Virus genome (UHGV): UHGV-0217156
Origin: a virus
DNA length: 46,368 nucleotides
Reading direction: 5' to 3' (one strand)
Both the position numbers and the translations under genes were made by a program. This document shows positions 43,982 to 46,368 of the stretch, piece by piece. Positions within the stretch are counted from its first letter, which is position 1; the number at the start of each line of letters is the position of its first letter. The notes below the pieces were generated by a model. That model was not told where the DNA came from. It did no database searches and saw only the letters and a program-made list of their open reading frames with translations.

Positions 43982-44857
43982 ATGGCGAGATTTTATCCGA
44001 TTGGGGCAACTGGAGGTGGAGCCGGGAGTGATGACTGCACCGCAACGGCCGCAGAACTTCTGAAAGGCTACACGGGCATACTGAAAGGATCAGATGATGA
44101 ACCGGTTCAGGGAACGTTGGAATTGACAGGGAACGCACAGGCAGCCCATGTGCTGAATGGAGAAACGTTTTATACGAACAATGCCAAAAGCAAACAGACT
44201 GGCACCATGCCCAACCGTGGCGATTACAACGGCTGGGGCAACAGCAAAGGCAATGATGCAGGCAATCAGCGGATGTGGGTCAAAATACCTCAGGGATACT
44301 ATAACGAGAACGCCAATGTGTTTCTGTCATGGGCCGATATCCGGGCTATGGCGGGGATCACGCCGGAGAAGATCAAAAAGAATGAGCCGATAATGGGTAT
44401 TATCGGAAGTTTTGAGGGGTGGGTACCAACGCCTCAGGATCTATATTATAACGGTGTAAATGTTGGGGGATTGCAAATCAACTTGTTTGCGCAAGAGAAT
44501 ACCAGACTACTTATGAAAGGCGACTATTCAACATGGAACCATAGAGCTATTGTTTTCCCAAACACGATTGATGTACGAAGTTATAGTAAGTTGATTTTTG
44601 AAGGACAATTTCTTAGATATTGGAAAAATGATCCTGATAATGGCATCCCTCCGTCATGGATCAGTCTTTGTCGATATAAGACGTATAATAGTGATGAGGA
44701 GATTGCAAAAGTTAAGTGGGATGGAGGATATGGAGCCTCTATTGGAAATTTTCAACTTGACATTTCACAACTCACTACTTTTGAAGCCAATAAATATTAT
44801 ATCAGTATTGGTTATATTGCCAAGGGGACATATATTACCCGCATTAGATTGGAATAA
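43982..44857 (+). CDS. Tail fibre / receptor-binding protein with an AT-rich C-terminal domain
   Basis: 291 aa after the tail-collar gene. The last ~130 codons and the 3' flank drop to roughly 35% GC. Confidence 0.55.
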   Translation: MARFYPIGATGGGAGSDDCTATAAELLKGYTGILKGSDDEPVQGTLELTGNAQAAHVLNGETFYTNNAKSKQTGTMPNRGDYNGWGNSKGNDAGNQRMWVKIPQGYYNENANVFLSWADIRAMAGITPEKIKKNEPIMGIIGSFEGWVPTPQDLYYNGVNVGGLQINLFAQENTRLLMKGDYSTWNHRAIVFPNTIDVRSYSKLIFEGQFLRYWKNDPDNGIPPSWISLCRYKTYNSDEEIAKVKWDGGYGASIGNFQLDISQLTTFEANKYYISIGYIAKGTYITRIRLE

Positions 44858-45084
44858 ATTAAGCTATATAAATACGAGTAATAGAACCTCTCCAACCATT
44901 GGCAGCGTATGGAAACGAGATTTGCGGTGTAAATGTTACATTTCTATTTATAGAAAATGAAAAACCATTAGCTATAGATACATCCCCCAGTTTTATTGAG
45001 GAAATAATATTATAATTACTGGTTCACGACTATTGCGAAAGGAGATGATTCAAATGATTACAAAACCAGTAAAGGAGCCAGATG

Positions 45085-45420
45085 ATGGATGATTTAACAA
45101 AAGCAGAGCTGGCCCGCATCCGTGACGAGGATCAGCGCCAGAACCGGCGCATTGAGCTGCTGGAGGACATGAGTAAGGTGATCCAGGATCTGGTACTCTC
45201 CATCCATGGCCTTGCGAAAGACATGGAACAGATGCTACAGGAGCAGAAGGAGCAGGGGAAGCGACTGGACAACCAGAGTAAGCGTCTGGACGCCCTGGAA
45301 CGGGAACCGGGCAACACCTACAAGGACATTAAAAAAACAGTAATCACAGCGATAGTAAGCGCGCTTGCCGGATCACTGGCAACCGGGCTTATTTTAATTT
45401 TGTCGCAGACTATCCATTGA
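45085..45420 (+). CDS. XhlA-like lysis-associated membrane protein
   Basis: Coiled coil followed by a C-terminal TM segment (VITAIVSALAGSLATGLILIL). Lies immediately upstream of the holin. Confidence 0.6.
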   Translation: MDDLTKAELARIRDEDQRQNRRIELLEDMSKVIQDLVLSIHGLAKDMEQMLQEQKEQGKRLDNQSKRLDALEREPGNTYKDIKKTVITAIVSALAGSLATGLILILSQTIH

Positions 45421-45434
45421 GAGGAGGTGAGTAT

Positions 45435-45665
45435 ATGCTTAAGAACTGTGTATTCCGTGCCGACGTGGATACCATCCAGTGGGTCAAGGCTGCAGGTATC
45501 CGTGCAGTCAAGACCATGGCGCAGACATTTGTCGCCACCATCGGCTCGGCAGCGGTCATGGGTGAGGTCAACTGGCCTATGGTAGCCAGTGCATCCGCGC
45601 TGTCCGGTATCCTGTCAGTGGCAACATCCATTGCAGGCCTTCCGGAACTGCCAGCCAAGACCTGA
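45435..45665 (+). CDS. Holin
   Basis: RBS GAGAGGAGGTGAG. 77 aa with two TM segments (FVATIGSAAVMGEV ... ALSGILSVATSIAGL). Confidence 0.6.
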   Translation: MLKNCVFRADVDTIQWVKAAGIRAVKTMAQTFVATIGSAAVMGEVNWPMVASASALSGILSVATSIAGLPELPAKT

Positions 45666-45755
45666 GAGGAGGTGATCCATAGGTCTCCCGTCCGGCAGGG
45701 TCAGAGCCGGAGCAACTACTATTACATATCAACAGTGAAAGAGAGGACAAAGATT

Positions 45756-45923
45756 ATGGCAAACGCAACAGGTAAGAGAGCAGACAAGAGAACAGCAGAG
45801 CAGAGAAAGAACGACGCAGCACAGAAGAGAAGACCCAAGGGTGCACAGGATACCACTTTTGTAACCACCGGCCCTGCAACCGGCACGGAAGATGAGCGGG
45901 CGGTAGGCACGGAAGATAAGTAA
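45756..45923 (+). CDS. Small basic hypothetical protein
   Basis: RBS AAAGAGAGGA before the internal ATG. Lys/Arg-rich, no TM segment. Confidence 0.35.
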   Translation: MANATGKRADKRTAEQRKNDAAQKRRPKGAQDTTFVTTGPATGTEDERAVGTEDK

Positions 45924-45948
45924 GCTGTGCGACGTCGCAACGCAGACA

Positions 45949-45978
45949 GACCCCAGGGAAATCTCTGGGGTCCTTTTT
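45949..45978 (+). terminator. Rho-independent terminator
   Basis: Stem GACCCCAG/CTGGGGTC, 8-nt loop, then CTTTTT. Confidence 0.55.
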
Positions 45979-45993
45979 AGTTGGAGGTGACCA

Positions 45994-46368
45994 ATGGTTA
46001 CAGCAGTATTTACAGATAACGATGATTACGCCCATGCCTACGGCCTATGGCAGTGGGATTATGGTCAGCAGCTCAGGATAGAGGGACTGCATCTTCCGAC
46101 GGCAGTTGAGATCCACTTTGCGCTACAGGAGACTGGCGGCGAGGCCATAACCCGTGTGGGTACCACTAAGGACGGCGTAACAACCGTCACAATCCCGGAC
46201 AGCATGCTGGAGGGAAATCGTGCGACATGGACGGCAGATAAGGCATATAACATCTATGCGTGGGTATACCTGTCGGATAAGTCATCCGGCGAGACGATCA
46301 AGCGCATTACCATGCAGGTCAAATCACGCCCCAAGCCGGAAGCCTTTGAGGCACCGGGAAATGGGGAG
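45994..46368 (+). CDS. 3'-truncated gene at the window edge (125 codons); possibly the 5' part of the DGR-targeted tail-fibre gene
   Basis: RBS TTGGAGGTGA 4 nt before the ATG. Frame 1 stays open to the last base and is the same frame in which the window begins mid-gene. Confidence 0.5.
   Translation, partial: MVTAVFTDNDDYAHAYGLWQWDYGQQLRIEGLHLPTAVEIHFALQETGGEAITRVGTTKDGVTTVTIPDSMLEGNRATWTADKAYNIYAWVYLSDKSSGETIKRITMQVKSRPKPEAFEAPGNGE

Noticed and set aside
1-46368. CRISPR arrays, tRNA or tmRNA genes, and IS or transposon ends
   Set aside because: I saw no regularly spaced short repeats, no cloverleaf-like segments with a GTTCRANYC T-loop, and no transposase ORFs. The only recombinases are serine-type integrases.

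Overview
The whole window looks phage-derived and contains no recognisable host housekeeping genes. It appears to come from a temperate contractile-tailed phage or prophage of a Firmicutes/Clostridia-type host, judging by strong GGAGG-type RBSs, roughly 45-50% GC and a PBSX-like tail module. Left to right it contains: (1) a 5'-truncated tail-fibre-like gene whose last ~30 codons are the variable repeat (VR) of a diversity-generating retroelement (DGR), followed by a 93-bp template repeat (TR) and a DGR-type reverse transcriptase; every VR/TR difference sits at a TR adenine and no avd gene is visible. (2) A small acidic ORF and an amidase endolysin. (3) An accessory patch with an XRE regulator and a divergent two-gene operon, then two convergent serine recombinases (one short, one full-length integrase) with a perfect 17-bp inverted repeat abutting the integrase stop. 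(4) A compact type-I-toxin-like module (27-aa hydrophobic peptide, convergent antisense promoter, bidirectional terminator) flanked by 18-bp direct repeats, and a RelE/ParE toxin-antitoxin pair. (5) A CI/LexA-type repressor divergent from a Cro-like gene. (6) Early genes including a HUH rolling-circle Rep, an RNase H-like protein whose first catalytic Asp appears replaced by Ala, an HNH nuclease, SSB, a PcfJ-like large protein, and a 96-bp direct repeat pair. (7) ArpU-like late regulator, TerS, GpA-type TerL, gpW-like, lambda-type portal, prohead protease, major capsid, decoration and a small collagen-like protein. (8) Tail sheath, tube, chaperone with a canonical T_TTT_TTC -1 frameshift site, tape measure, a hicAB insertion on the opposite strand, LysM/baseplate/tail-fibre genes, and an XhlA-like protein plus holin. 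(9) A 3'-truncated gene at the right edge that is in frame with the 5'-truncated DGR target at the left edge, which suggests the window may be a circularly permuted phage genome. Two unrelated small-gene insertions share a nearly identical consensus promoter carrying an ACGTA/TACGT palindrome.
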